Below, piece by piece: positions 1 to 9,746 of a DNA stretch of 64,000 bases. The notes under the pieces are model-generated. The model did no database searches. It saw only the letters and a list, made by a program, of their open reading frames with translations, and was not told the DNA's origin. The DNA is from Promethearchaeota archaeon (GTDB lineage: Archaea; Asgardarchaeota; Lokiarchaeia; Sigyniarchaeales; SOKP01), in the NCBI GenBank assembly GCA_016839705.1, contig JAEOTR010000032.1:22464-86463 (forward strand), given 5' to 3'. How positions within the stretch are numbered: position 1 is the first letter of the stretch; each line of letters begins with the position of its first letter. The position numbers and the translations under genes were made by a program.

Positions 1-1
1 A

Positions 2-103
2 AATAACTTCAATGATAGAGGTATAAAACTCTTTCTTCTGGAATATGGATTTTATTTAATAGGTTTTCTTATCGCAGGAATCATATTGGCAGCTTGGCCA
101 TGA
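2..103 (+). CDS. 3' end of a membrane protein, DUF1761-like (partial, starts before window)
   Basis: Frame 2 reads NNFNDRGIKLFLLEYGFYLIGFLIAGIILAAWP* (TGA 101-103), resembling the C-terminal helix of DUF1761 proteins. Confidence 0.6.
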   Translation, partial: NNFNDRGIKLFLLEYGFYLIGFLIAGIILAAWP

Positions 104-146
104 ATTTCAAATCAAACTTTATAATTAAAAAATATCTTTCTTTTTT

Positions 147-1796
147 TTATGTTGTTAGACTTTCAACAACATATAAAGGCCATTTTTTGAGAATACCTTT
201 TGATATTATTCCTTTTCTAACTTTCTCGAGCATTTCTTTTCGAGTGGCTAAAAAATCAATAGGAGTTTTATCGATTGGTATAATTTCAATATGGTTATTT
301 AAAATACTTTTTTTGAAAGCTTCATCGTTAATGCACTTAGACAATAATTCCTTGTTTTTTGATAAATTTAAACATCCCTTTTTTCCATTTGATGGAATTA
401 ACAATTTTAGTTTATCCTTACCGTCAATATTATCTTTAATTAATAGTAGCGAATCAATGTCTACATTACAATTCCGATTTATGCAATAAATTAAACCACG
501 AGGATTATAAATATCAAAACTATCGAAGTTAAAGAATTCACCTACATAAACATGGTATTTTGAAGGAATTGGGATTTCTGGAATAATATGTATCGGGTAC
601 TTTAATTGAAAGTTTGAGCGAAGAATTTTACCTTCAATTTGGGGAAGGGCTTCTGAATCAACCACATTTATGATATCTCCTATGTCTATATTACAAAAAA
701 CATTGGAATTGTTTAAACGTGAAATCAGCAAATTACCAATTTTTGATTCAGTTCGAGAAATTAATTGGAATTTTCCGTTACTCTCAATTGCAGGCAGTGT
801 TAAGGGAAATACATATAGATTTCCCGTTCTTGAGAATTCATACCCATTTTTCGTAATACTTGCCGCAAAAGGTCCTGTCTCCGAGGCAACATATAAATTT
901 ATGAATTTTTCTTCTCCTCTTTTCCAATTCATAAATTTTCGAATTAAATCCCAATCCTTTTCTGATAGAGAACTAATACTAAATACGATAGTGGCTTGAG
1001 AGAATTTTTTCGAAAGTAATTCTTGAATTTCATACGTTGCCGTTTTTATTCCCTTATTCTTTATTATTAAGAGAAGTTTTTCTAAAATGGGATCTTCATT
1101 ATCTTTAATAGATTTCATAGTTTCTTGTATTCCACGTTGTAATTTTGCAATATCCGCCCACCCTAATACAGTAATAGCTGGAGCAGAAATCGTAGAGATT
1201 TTTTCTAGTGATAAGAGCTTAGCAATGACATCCAACCTTTTAGAATCTTTATATTCAAAAAATCTATATGACTCTGGTTTAATAATTGATAACATTACTC
1301 TTTGGGAAAATTCTGAAGAATAAAGAGAAATGTATTTTTTATCTTCATAAGTTTTTAAACCATCAATATTCAATCTCGAAGGAACAAAAATAACTACACT
1401 CGAGTGAGTGCTCAACCCACCCGACTCAAAAATGGCTTGCATTCCAGGGGCCCAATAATGTTTAACGACCCAATCTGACATAGGAAACCATTTCAGTGCT
1501 GAAATTTTTGAGTTAGTTGTTCCAGAGCTATGGCATAATATTATTGGTTTCGATCCCTGAAAATTTGCTAGAAAATTATTAATATTTATTGCGAGGGCTT
1601 TTGAATCCGTCTTTTCTTTAGTAATTCTTTCAAGAATGTCGCTAATAGATGATAAACCTGAATTTTTAAGGGTAAGTTCTTCGTATTCTTCTTTCGATGA
1701 AATATCTAGCCATTTCTTCCAATTTATAGATGGTATATCAAAAAATTGTTTATTAAATATTTTTTGAATTTCTATATCAAAATCATATGCTCTCAA
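147..1796 (-). CDS. GH3/LuxE-like adenylate-forming (ANL superfamily) enzyme
   Basis: Three adenylation-type motifs in order: HSSGTT..KWFP, YVASETG, IDIGD; TTG start. Confidence 0.6.
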   Translation of the reverse strand: MRAYDFDIEIQKIFNKQFFDIPSINWKKWLDISSKEEYEELTLKNSGLSSISDILERITKEKTDSKALAININNFLANFQGSKPIILCHSSGTTNSKISALKWFPMSDWVVKHYWAPGMQAIFESGGLSTHSSVVIFVPSRLNIDGLKTYEDKKYISLYSSEFSQRVMLSIIKPESYRFFEYKDSKRLDVIAKLLSLEKISTISAPAITVLGWADIAKLQRGIQETMKSIKDNEDPILEKLLLIIKNKGIKTATYEIQELLSKKFSQATIVFSISSLSEKDWDLIRKFMNWKRGEEKFINLYVASETGPFAASITKNGYEFSRTGNLYVFPLTLPAIESNGKFQLISRTESKIGNLLISRLNNSNVFCNIDIGDIINVVDSEALPQIEGKILRSNFQLKYPIHIIPEIPIPSKYHVYVGEFFNFDSFDIYNPRGLIYCINRNCNVDIDSLLLIKDNIDGKDKLKLLIPSNGKKGCLNLSKNKELLSKCINDEAFKKSILNNHIEIIPIDKTPIDFLATRKEMLEKVRKGIISKGILKKWPLYVVESLTT

Positions 1797-1896
1797 TACA
1801 TCTATTGATTACGTATTTATTTAAGATAAAGATTATCAAAATGAATTTTTAATTCAAAAATATTTTGTATATAATAATATACTAATATATTCCCAT

Positions 1897-2442
1897 TTAT
1901 GGCGTGATTAAGGAACTCTTTGTCTTACTATATAATTCTCTTATTAGAGATTTGAATGCGTCTTCAACATTCTGACCCGTTTTCGCTGATGTATGGTAAA
2001 ATCCTGTAAAATTATTTTTTTGAACAAATTTTATGATCTTTTCATCAGTTAATCTATTATCATCAACCAAATCAACCTTATTTCCGAAAAGTGCAACAGG
2101 AATGTCTCCACAAAATTTCTTAATTTCTTTGAGCCATTGCGCAGCATGTTTAAAACTATCTTTTCCAAATTTGTTTTCCTCTATGGAGAACACAATTATA
2201 GATGCCACGCTTGACCTATAAAATGCAGGTCGTAGAAAATGAAATTCATCTTGACCAGCTATATCCCAAAAAACTAATTCACAAAGATCACCCTCAATTT
2301 CTTCCTCATATTTAGAAAATTGTGCTCCTATAGTCTTAATGTATTCCTTCTGAAAACTTCCTTGAGTGAATTTTTTTATTAAGGATGTTTTTCCTACGAA
2401 ACCATCCCCAATTACAGTAATTTTAAATTTGAATTTATTCAT
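1897..2442 (-). CDS. Rab-like small GTPase
   Basis: G1 GDGFVGKTS, G2 YIKTIG, G3 WDIAGQDEF, G4 NKVD, G5 TSAK; no C-terminal Cys prenylation motif. Confidence 0.93.
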   Translation of the reverse strand: MNKFKFKITVIGDGFVGKTSLIKKFTQGSFQKEYIKTIGAQFSKYEEEIEGDLCELVFWDIAGQDEFHFLRPAFYRSSVASIIVFSIEENKFGKDSFKHAAQWLKEIKKFCGDIPVALFGNKVDLVDDNRLTDEKIIKFVQKNNFTGFYHTSAKTGQNVEDAFKSLIRELYSKTKSSLITP

Positions 2443-2564
2443 TAAATCACTTTTTAAATAGATCTATATCCTACTTATAAATATCAATTGAAGTTTAATA
2501 AAAAACTTTTCACTGTAAAATTTAAAAAAAAGTAGTATAATTAGTTTTTTAGAGGTAAATTAGT

Positions 2565-3353
2565 ATGGTTGCGATAAAGGAAAGTAGAATGGAAGTATTA
2601 TTTGGATTTTTTGGGGCTTTATTCATTTTAGTTATGTTAATAATCTCAATAATTCTTTCTCCAGGATATTCCCCTTTAACAAGTACTATAAGTACACTTG
2701 GAGAAAGAGAAGCAAAAACGTTGTTTAGCATTGGATTTGTTGTAGCGGGTTCATTATTAATCCCTTTTTATATCTATCTGAAAAATGAATTAGTTTATCT
2801 GAAAAACCGTCTTAGAAAAATAGCGACAGGTGTAGCTATTTTTTCCAACATGTGTATTGCTTTAGTGGGAATAATTCCTGATAAGGATTACCCCGGTGCT
2901 TTTCTTGCGTTTCATGCATTTGTAGCGGGTGTGAGTTTTATAGGAACCTCTATTTATATTGTGTTATATAGCCTTTTAATGTACTTAGGTCCAAAGTCTA
3001 CCATGTATAAGGGTCCACAATTTAAAAAATATCTTTCTTACTATGGCTTTTTTGTAGGAATAGTATTTGTAGTGTGGTTAACCAACCCGATAAATCCACC
3101 TTTAGAATGGGCAGTAGCAATACTCATACTTATTTGGATTTTAATTACGGCATTACAGTGTCTTTCATTTAAATTTTCTAAAATCCCGGGGGTATATTAT
3201 AAACGATCTCAATATCCTGAAAAAATAAAACTGTTTAAAGACGCGATCCATGTTTTAGAGAATCTAGAAATGGGAGATGAGCCAATTTTGGACACATTAA
3301 AAGACAATATTGAATATATCGAAAGTCAAATGGAAAAAAACCAAAACAAATGA
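2565..3353 (+). CDS. Multi-pass membrane protein, DUF998-like
   Basis: About 6 TM helices; PGYSP..TISTLG and His-containing TM motif; overlaps the next gene by ATGA. Confidence 0.65.
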   Translation: MVAIKESRMEVLFGFFGALFILVMLIISIILSPGYSPLTSTISTLGEREAKTLFSIGFVVAGSLLIPFYIYLKNELVYLKNRLRKIATGVAIFSNMCIALVGIIPDKDYPGAFLAFHAFVAGVSFIGTSIYIVLYSLLMYLGPKSTMYKGPQFKKYLSYYGFFVGIVFVVWLTNPINPPLEWAVAILILIWILITALQCLSFKFSKIPGVYYKRSQYPEKIKLFKDAIHVLENLEMGDEPILDTLKDNIEYIESQMEKNQNK

Positions 3354-4357
3354 AAGCGGCAGTATTTGATGGAGAAGAATTGGAAATAAAAACTGTGGCA
3401 GATCCTAGAATATCAGATACAAAAGTATTAATTAACGTTAAAAGCGTTGGATTATGTGGAACCGATATAGCTATAATTAAAAAATCTTTACCTAGTCCAA
3501 CACCTATAATTTTAGGGCATGAATTTGCAGGTGATGTAGTAAAGATAGGAGATAATGTTGATCCAAAATGGCTTAATAAAAGAGTGACGTCTGAAATAAA
3601 TACTAATATTGATTTTAGCTGTTTCTACTGCAAAAAGGGGAAATATACTCAATGCGTATCAAGAAAAGCATTAGGGATAGATATTGATGGGGCCTTAGCT
3701 GAATATATAGCATTGGAATCATATTTACTTCATGAAATCCCAGATTCAATCTCATATGATGATGCCACATTCATCGAACCATTAGCAGCAGCATATCAAA
3801 TATTCGAAACAATGCCATTGGATGCAAATGATAAAGTGATGGCTATATTTGGGCTTGGGAAATTAGGATTGCTAATTACACAAATAGCATTGCTTAAAGG
3901 TCTAAAATTAATTGTTGTTGATAGTTCTCATAAAAAACTAAAATTAGCAAAAAAACTTGGTGCGCAAAAAGTACTTAACAGATTTGATGGTCCTTACGTT
4001 CCTGATTGGATAAAAAGTCTTACAAGGGGGCTAGGTGCTGATATAACTATAGACGCAACAGGCAACCCTCTAGCAATAAAAGATGTAATTGCTTCATGTA
4101 GAACCCTTGGAAAAGTACATTTAAAAAGTACGCATGGTCTTGACACTTCTATTAATTTAACTGATGCCATTGTGCGCGAGTTAACGCTCTATACTAGTAG
4201 ATGTGGACCATTTGATAAAGCTATACAAGGATTAAAAGATGGAACGATTGATGTTGAAAAATTGATTTCTAAAAAATATCCATTAAAGGACATTGATAAA
4301 GCTATAGATTTTAATAATATCTCCCAAGACCATATTAAAACAATTATTCATATATAA
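3350..4357 (+). CDS. Zn-dependent medium-chain alcohol dehydrogenase
   Basis: GLCGTD, GHEFAG, CxxC..C structural Zn site, GLGKLG Rossmann motif. Confidence 0.9.
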   Translation: MKAAVFDGEELEIKTVADPRISDTKVLINVKSVGLCGTDIAIIKKSLPSPTPIILGHEFAGDVVKIGDNVDPKWLNKRVTSEINTNIDFSCFYCKKGKYTQCVSRKALGIDIDGALAEYIALESYLLHEIPDSISYDDATFIEPLAAAYQIFETMPLDANDKVMAIFGLGKLGLLITQIALLKGLKLIVVDSSHKKLKLAKKLGAQKVLNRFDGPYVPDWIKSLTRGLGADITIDATGNPLAIKDVIASCRTLGKVHLKSTHGLDTSINLTDAIVRELTLYTSRCGPFDKAIQGLKDGTIDVEKLISKKYPLKDIDKAIDFNNISQDHIKTIIHI

Positions 4358-4502
4358 TCCTGATAAATTCATAATCTTAGACTAAATTCTTTATATCTAT
4401 TTATCTTTAAAAATTCTAAACATTGAATTTTTTAGAAAAAGAAACTTAATTATTATATATAATTTTAAAATCTTTAATTAGTGCTTTCGAGAAAACACAA
4501 TT

Positions 4503-6332
4503 ATGGTTAATGATGAAATACCAGAGCCTAAATCAGAAACCAAGAATAATTTTATACGGGAAGACATACAGTTTCAGTATTTCTGGTATTTATTCATCTT
4601 TTTTACTATTTACCTTACATCATATATTGTTCCAGCCTTTTTATTTATGAGTTATATCTTTCTCTTTTTCTTACCTAATTTTTTAGACACATCTAGTTTC
4701 ATAGCACTATTTACTGAAATAAAGCCAATTCTAGCATTAGTATCAATGCCCTTAGTTATTATAGGCTGTTATCTTATTCGATTATTTTTTGTTGGGCTAA
4801 TGACACGATTTTTTTGGAGATTGACTGAAAAAAAGTGTCCCAGTAAAGATGGAATAATACCAAGGAATTTTCCCAGTAGAACTCTTAATTATTATCATAT
4901 TCGAAGTTTCTTGATAAAATATGGAAAGAATACTTTTACTAAGGGAGCTTTCCCTTGGTTAAGCAATTGGTTATATAATTTTGTTGGTTCAAGTGTGATA
5001 GGAAAGGGATCAACATTTGAGGAAAGCATAGGCAACGAAAAGTTTGGAATTGTCGGAAAAAATTGTTATTTTGGTGCTGGTGCTGCTTTGGCGACTCATC
5101 TGGTTGACGGAACTTTTGGAAATATAAATTATTTCCATGTGAAAATTGGAGATAATGTTACCGCTGCTGCGGGAAACCTAGTTGCCGCAGGATCAGAGGC
5201 ATATGATAATTCTTATCTACTACCGATAGCTTCTGCAGGAAAACATAGCTTATTAAAAGGAAATAATTACTATTGGGGAATTCCATTAAGGAAAATATTT
5301 AGAAAAAAAACTATGGAATTTTTAGATTTAACACCAAAGGAATTAGAGATAAATGCAAATATCGTGGGATATACTGATAAAAAAGTATTGGAGAAATTAA
5401 AAAGTGAGAAATCTTTAGAGCCACCTGAGGAAATCATCCGCACCGAAACAGAAGAAAGTCTAGATAATGAGAAAGAAATTGATATAAATGATTTAAGTGA
5501 AGAAGATTTAGCCTTAGATTTCACAACAAGTAGTGCAATTTCACGAGTGAACATAAAGTTTTTAGTAGTTTACATTCCAATTTTTTGGTTGTCTGGTATG
5601 TTGGATACGATAATTTTTTATACATTTATTTCCTTGGTAAGCAATAAATTTGTAATGATATTCTTCCTTCCAACGATTATTATTATTATGTGGTTCATTT
5701 TTATATTAGGGTGTTTCTTTTTCAGCAAATTATTCCTAGTCTTAATTAACTTAATACATAAACCAAAAGAGGGAATATTTAGAGCGGAAATTGGAGATAC
5801 TGATTTTGAATTTTGGAGCTTGCGTACCGAAATAAAAAAAATAGTATTATGGCTTTTACGTAATTGGCCCCTTCCTTGGGCGGATATATTAGCATTTAAA
5901 TTTTTCGGAGTAAAAATGACCTTATCAAGTTCATTATATGATTCTTGGTGCGATAGTGAATTTATAACATTCGGGAGAAGAGTCTTAGTTGGACAGGGTG
6001 TGACGATTATGTCTTCAATGGTGATAGGTAAATACTTAATAATTAAGAATGTTATATGCGGTGATTATTCACTTATAGGAGGTCATTCCACAATCGCACC
6101 AGGTACAATTATAGGGGAGGATACTTTTGTCAGTGCTCTTTCTACATCTGTGTATTCTCAGATCCTTGAACCGGGATGGATCTATATTGGAGTCCCTTGC
6201 ATTAAACTAAAACCAAACAAATATGCTGAATCTCAAAGAGAAATATTAGTTAAAAGAGACGTAGATGAAGAGAGGAAATTTGAGATTGAACATGAAGTTA
6301 ACATTGATGAAGATAAGAAAGATCTCTTATAA
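4503..6332 (+). CDS. Membrane protein with two [2TM + left-handed beta-helix acyltransferase-like] modules (Pls/PosA terminal-region-like), paralog 1
   Basis: Two hydrophobic hairpins, each followed by hexapeptide repeats (IGKGS, VGKNC, IGDNV; IGGHSTIAPGTIIGEDT) ending YWGIP / YIGVP; close paralog of 9747-11621. Confidence 0.75.
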   Translation: MVNDEIPEPKSETKNNFIREDIQFQYFWYLFIFFTIYLTSYIVPAFLFMSYIFLFFLPNFLDTSSFIALFTEIKPILALVSMPLVIIGCYLIRLFFVGLMTRFFWRLTEKKCPSKDGIIPRNFPSRTLNYYHIRSFLIKYGKNTFTKGAFPWLSNWLYNFVGSSVIGKGSTFEESIGNEKFGIVGKNCYFGAGAALATHLVDGTFGNINYFHVKIGDNVTAAAGNLVAAGSEAYDNSYLLPIASAGKHSLLKGNNYYWGIPLRKIFRKKTMEFLDLTPKELEINANIVGYTDKKVLEKLKSEKSLEPPEEIIRTETEESLDNEKEIDINDLSEEDLALDFTTSSAISRVNIKFLVVYIPIFWLSGMLDTIIFYTFISLVSNKFVMIFFLPTIIIIMWFIFILGCFFFSKLFLVLINLIHKPKEGIFRAEIGDTDFEFWSLRTEIKKIVLWLLRNWPLPWADILAFKFFGVKMTLSSSLYDSWCDSEFITFGRRVLVGQGVTIMSSMVIGKYLIIKNVICGDYSLIGGHSTIAPGTIIGEDTFVSALSTSVYSQILEPGWIYIGVPCIKLKPNKYAESQREILVKRDVDEERKFEIEHEVNIDEDKKDLL

Positions 6333-6425
6333 ACAATTTATCGGAAAAAACGCAAAGAGCGTTGCCGCTATTACTGTTCTACGATAATATTATCATAACA
6401 TTTAAGATGGAATGTAATTAAACCA

Positions 6426-7097
6426 TCATTTTAATAATGTTCTCAAATATCTTAACCATTTATTGCGAGGCGCTTTAGCTTTATACCAATCATAATTGGA
6501 ATCATCACCAAAAGGTTGATACTCCGTGTAATAAGCTTGGTCTTCATTAATATTGTCAATCTGTTGCTCAAGTAAAGCTATAAGGTTTTTTATGTCCTCT
6601 TGATGTTGACGAGATAACATGAATTTATCTCTTTCAGTAATATTTTCACTAGGATATTTACCGTTAAAGGAAAGAGTCAAAGAATGACTATAACGTTTAA
6701 TGGTTTGTTTCAAATTCGGATGGTTTAATACGATTTCTCTCGCTCTATCTTTATATTTTGAAGTACCATCAAACATGATGTCGAGACATGTATGGTAGTC
6801 TCTCAAATCAATCATGACCGTCTCTATTAATTCATTCCATGTAATTCCATAATTATACCGACAGGCACGTTGATATATCCCTCTAAGAGCCTCTAATGAG
6901 TCGGAATTATTTATTTTTACAAGAGCATCAATGATTTGCGTATCCCTTTCCAAGTTACATAATTGGAAAAGCACTCTAACAGATTCTAAATCCCCTTTTT
7001 TTATTAATTTATTTATTTCTTTTTTCCTTGTTTTTGGGCTTGCTTGCCTTAGCTTATTAAACTTCTCTAATTTCTTGCCAGTAAAAAATCTATGCAT
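6426..7097 (-). CDS. Hypothetical helical (HEAT-like) protein
   Basis: 223-aa ATG ORF; pattern IIDALVKINNSDSLEAL is HEAT-like. Confidence 0.55.
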   Translation of the reverse strand: MHRFFTGKKLEKFNKLRQASPKTRKKEINKLIKKGDLESVRVLFQLCNLERDTQIIDALVKINNSDSLEALRGIYQRACRYNYGITWNELIETVMIDLRDYHTCLDIMFDGTSKYKDRAREIVLNHPNLKQTIKRYSHSLTLSFNGKYPSENITERDKFMLSRQHQEDIKNLIALLEQQIDNINEDQAYYTEYQPFGDDSNYDWYKAKAPRNKWLRYLRTLLK

Positions 7098-7200
7098 TGA
7101 TACTCTCTATTTCTTTGATTTTAATTTTTATATTCAATTTTAATAAACTTTAGATTAATTTAAGTATTAATGAAATATTTGGTGAAATTCAAAAATTATT

Positions 7201-7377
7201 CTAATCTAATTGGTTTCCACAATTTTCACAATATTTATTAATTTTTAAGTTTTCAGAGCCACAATAATGACAAATTATTTTTTCTGTTTCTTGTCTAGGT
7301 CTTGGCTGATATATAGGTTCTGGTTGATACACAGGTTGTGCTTGGTAAGATGGGAGTGCTGGGTTTTTTTTAAATAT
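7201..7377 (-). pseudogene. Pro/Gln-rich linker plus C-terminal zinc ribbon, probable 3' gene remnant
   Basis: Reads IFKKNPALPSYQAQPVYQPEPIYQPRPRQETEKIICHYCGSENLKINKYCENCGNQLD*; in-frame TGA just upstream (7378-7380) and no in-frame ATG. Confidence 0.55.
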
Positions 7378-7614
7378 TCATATTTAAATAAAAAATTTCA
7401 GGAATGGTAAATTCAGCGTCTGATTTCAATTTCGAATAACATTTCATATAAAATTTGATTCTTTATTTTAATTTAGAAAAAACGTAAAATATCTCATAGT
7501 GCTAAAATATTTCAAGGAAAATATTGTTCCTATAGTAAAATTTTTTTTTAAGACAACTTTTAAGAGAATATGTATCGAAAAACTTTGTATCGAAATATTG
7601 GAAGGTGAAACAAA

Positions 7615-9159
7615 ATATCTGTTAAAAATCTTCCATTAACGAGAGAAAATATACCGTTTGAACGACTTTTTAACCCACGTGCGATAGTAATAATTGGTGT
7701 TTCAAAATTAAACCCATCTGGAGCAACTCAATATGTTCATGCATTGAAGGGTGCTCAATTTCCGAATCCAATTTATCTTGTAAACCCGAAATATATTGAT
7801 GAGGATTTAATGGGATATAAGTTTTATGATTCTATATCTTCAATACCAGATGAAACACCAGTTGATCTTGCTATAATAGCGGTACCTGCACAATTAACTC
7901 CTTCGATTATTGAGCAATTAGGTAAAAAAGGAGTTTCATTTGCCCACATATTTAGTAGTGGATTCTCTGAATTAGATACTGAATTTGATAAAAAAGGTAA
8001 AAAACTAGAAGAAGAACTAATCAGAAATGCTTCAAGATATGGAATACGTATCCTCGGTCCCAATTGTATGGGCATAGTTGCTCCAAAATCAAATCTTACT
8101 TTCTTAATGTCATTTAGGTCAATGCAAGAAGCAAATAAAGAATTCGATTCAAAAAATATTGAAGGTTTAGACGATCTTGGAAATTTAATAAATAACGGGC
8201 AAGTAGCTTTTATATCACAAAGTGGGGGGATTGCATTCACCCATGGAATGCTTTCACATTCATTAGGTTATAGTTTTTCAAAAATCGTCTCCCTTGGTAA
8301 TCAAATTGATTTGGATTTACTTGATTTTCTTCGGTATTTTAAAGATGATCCAGAGACAAAAATAATATCAATGTATATTGAAAATATTAAAAGAGAGGGG
8401 AATGAGTTTGTTCGATTATTAAAAGAGACAACTGCTAAGAAGCCTGTAATTATATGGAAAGGTGGTATTTTCCAAACGGGTCATCAAGCAGTTATGAGTC
8501 ATACAGGGGGATTAGCGGGTAATTATAAAATGTGGGAATCAATGGCATGTCAAACTGGAGTAATTCTAGTAGATAATTTTGTAGAATTAACAGATATGAT
8601 ACAAACATCTCTTACTTATCCATTTCCACAAACCTTAGGTACAGCAGTACTATCTATGAGCGGGGGTACAGCGGTGGAAAGTACTGATGAAGTTGAACGG
8701 AATGGTTTACTTATGCCTCTTTTAACGCAAGAAGTGACACAAAAAATTAACCAATTTATCCCAGAAATTAACTCTAATTTAAAAAATCCGTTAGAATTCG
8801 GAGGAAAGAACAGTTTAGAACATACTGTTAAAATTATCAAGATGTTGGGAGAAGAACCTCAATTTTCCTCCATAATAATGGCAAGTTCTCCAGAATATCT
8901 TGTTTTTCGAAGAGGAAATAGCTTGGATGATTATATTAAAGCAATTTCCAATGCTTTACCTCCTCACTCGGGCAAAATACTATTGTGTGTTGCCAGCAGT
9001 ATGAATATGTTTGAGCAAGGGATAAAAATGAACCTCGAATTTAGTTCCAAATCTCTATCCAATGGATTTGTAGTATATCGTTCTACAGCAGCAGCAGCAA
9101 AATCTTGTTATCGCTGGTGGAAATACGGAAAGTATTTAGAAAAAAGAAAGATTGTTTAA
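7615..9159 (+). CDS. ADP-forming acyl-CoA synthetase alpha subunit (CoA-binding / succinyl-CoA ligase-like)
   Basis: LFNPRAIVIIGVS (upstream of the ORF-track start 7744), VDLAIIAVPA, GPNCMG, SQSGG, SLGNQID, catalytic SHTGGLAG; frame open from 7609, probable start ATA 7615. Confidence 0.85.
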   Translation: MSVKNLPLTRENIPFERLFNPRAIVIIGVSKLNPSGATQYVHALKGAQFPNPIYLVNPKYIDEDLMGYKFYDSISSIPDETPVDLAIIAVPAQLTPSIIEQLGKKGVSFAHIFSSGFSELDTEFDKKGKKLEEELIRNASRYGIRILGPNCMGIVAPKSNLTFLMSFRSMQEANKEFDSKNIEGLDDLGNLINNGQVAFISQSGGIAFTHGMLSHSLGYSFSKIVSLGNQIDLDLLDFLRYFKDDPETKIISMYIENIKREGNEFVRLLKETTAKKPVIIWKGGIFQTGHQAVMSHTGGLAGNYKMWESMACQTGVILVDNFVELTDMIQTSLTYPFPQTLGTAVLSMSGGTAVESTDEVERNGLLMPLLTQEVTQKINQFIPEINSNLKNPLEFGGKNSLEHTVKIIKMLGEEPQFSSIIMASSPEYLVFRRGNSLDDYIKAISNALPPHSGKILLCVASSMNMFEQGIKMNLEFSSKSLSNGFVVYRSTAAAAKSCYRWWKYGKYLEKRKIV

Positions 9160-9221
9160 TAAAAAAGACCACCTTTATGTATTCAATCTTACTTTTCTTT
9201 TCAGTTTTAATAATACTAATT

Positions 9222-9611
9222 TTATTGGAGTCCTAATTCTTGTTTTAAAAATCTCGATAAATCTTCGCATGTTTCTTTTAATTCAGTTTCATCCTGATAA
9301 AATAGATGAGGTCTAGGACAATCATTATCATAAATACAATTATTTTCTTGAAAATTATAAATTAATGGGTAAAATCTACATCCTTGAGGGCGATATTCAT
9401 ATATTTTACATTCCTTTGAAAGAGAGTCTAAGAAAATGCAGTGATCCTCATTATTTTTTAATTGAAAAAACCCATCTCTATTTTTAAATACGAAATCATT
9501 TTTTTGTAGATTTTTAGTGGAATTTTTCATAATTCTATTAATATCACTCTCAGAAAGAATCATTTCAGTTCTTAAACAACATTCTCCGCAATTTTCACAC
9601 TTATTTTTCAT
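9222..9611 (-). CDS. YkgJ-family cysteine-cluster (CxxCxxCC) protein
   Basis: CENCGECC, HCIFL, CKIYEYRPQGCRFYP. Confidence 0.88.
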   Translation of the reverse strand: MKNKCENCGECCLRTEMILSESDINRIMKNSTKNLQKNDFVFKNRDGFFQLKNNEDHCIFLDSLSKECKIYEYRPQGCRFYPLIYNFQENNCIYDNDCPRPHLFYQDETELKETCEDLSRFLKQELGLQ

Positions 9612-9746
9612 ATATTTTTATTAAAAGTATTAATCATAAATTTAAAGGGATAATAAATATCTTATAAAGTATATTAAGAATCAATTGCTTTTTAATTGAG
9701 TAAATGTTAATGAGTTGCATAGTATAACAATTTTCAATGAAAACTT

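Noticed and set aside
94-1323. Plus-strand ORFs at 94, 670 and 1087, and the many similar short antisense ORFs across the track
   Set aside because: They are shadows of longer motif-bearing genes on the opposite strand and have no recognisable features
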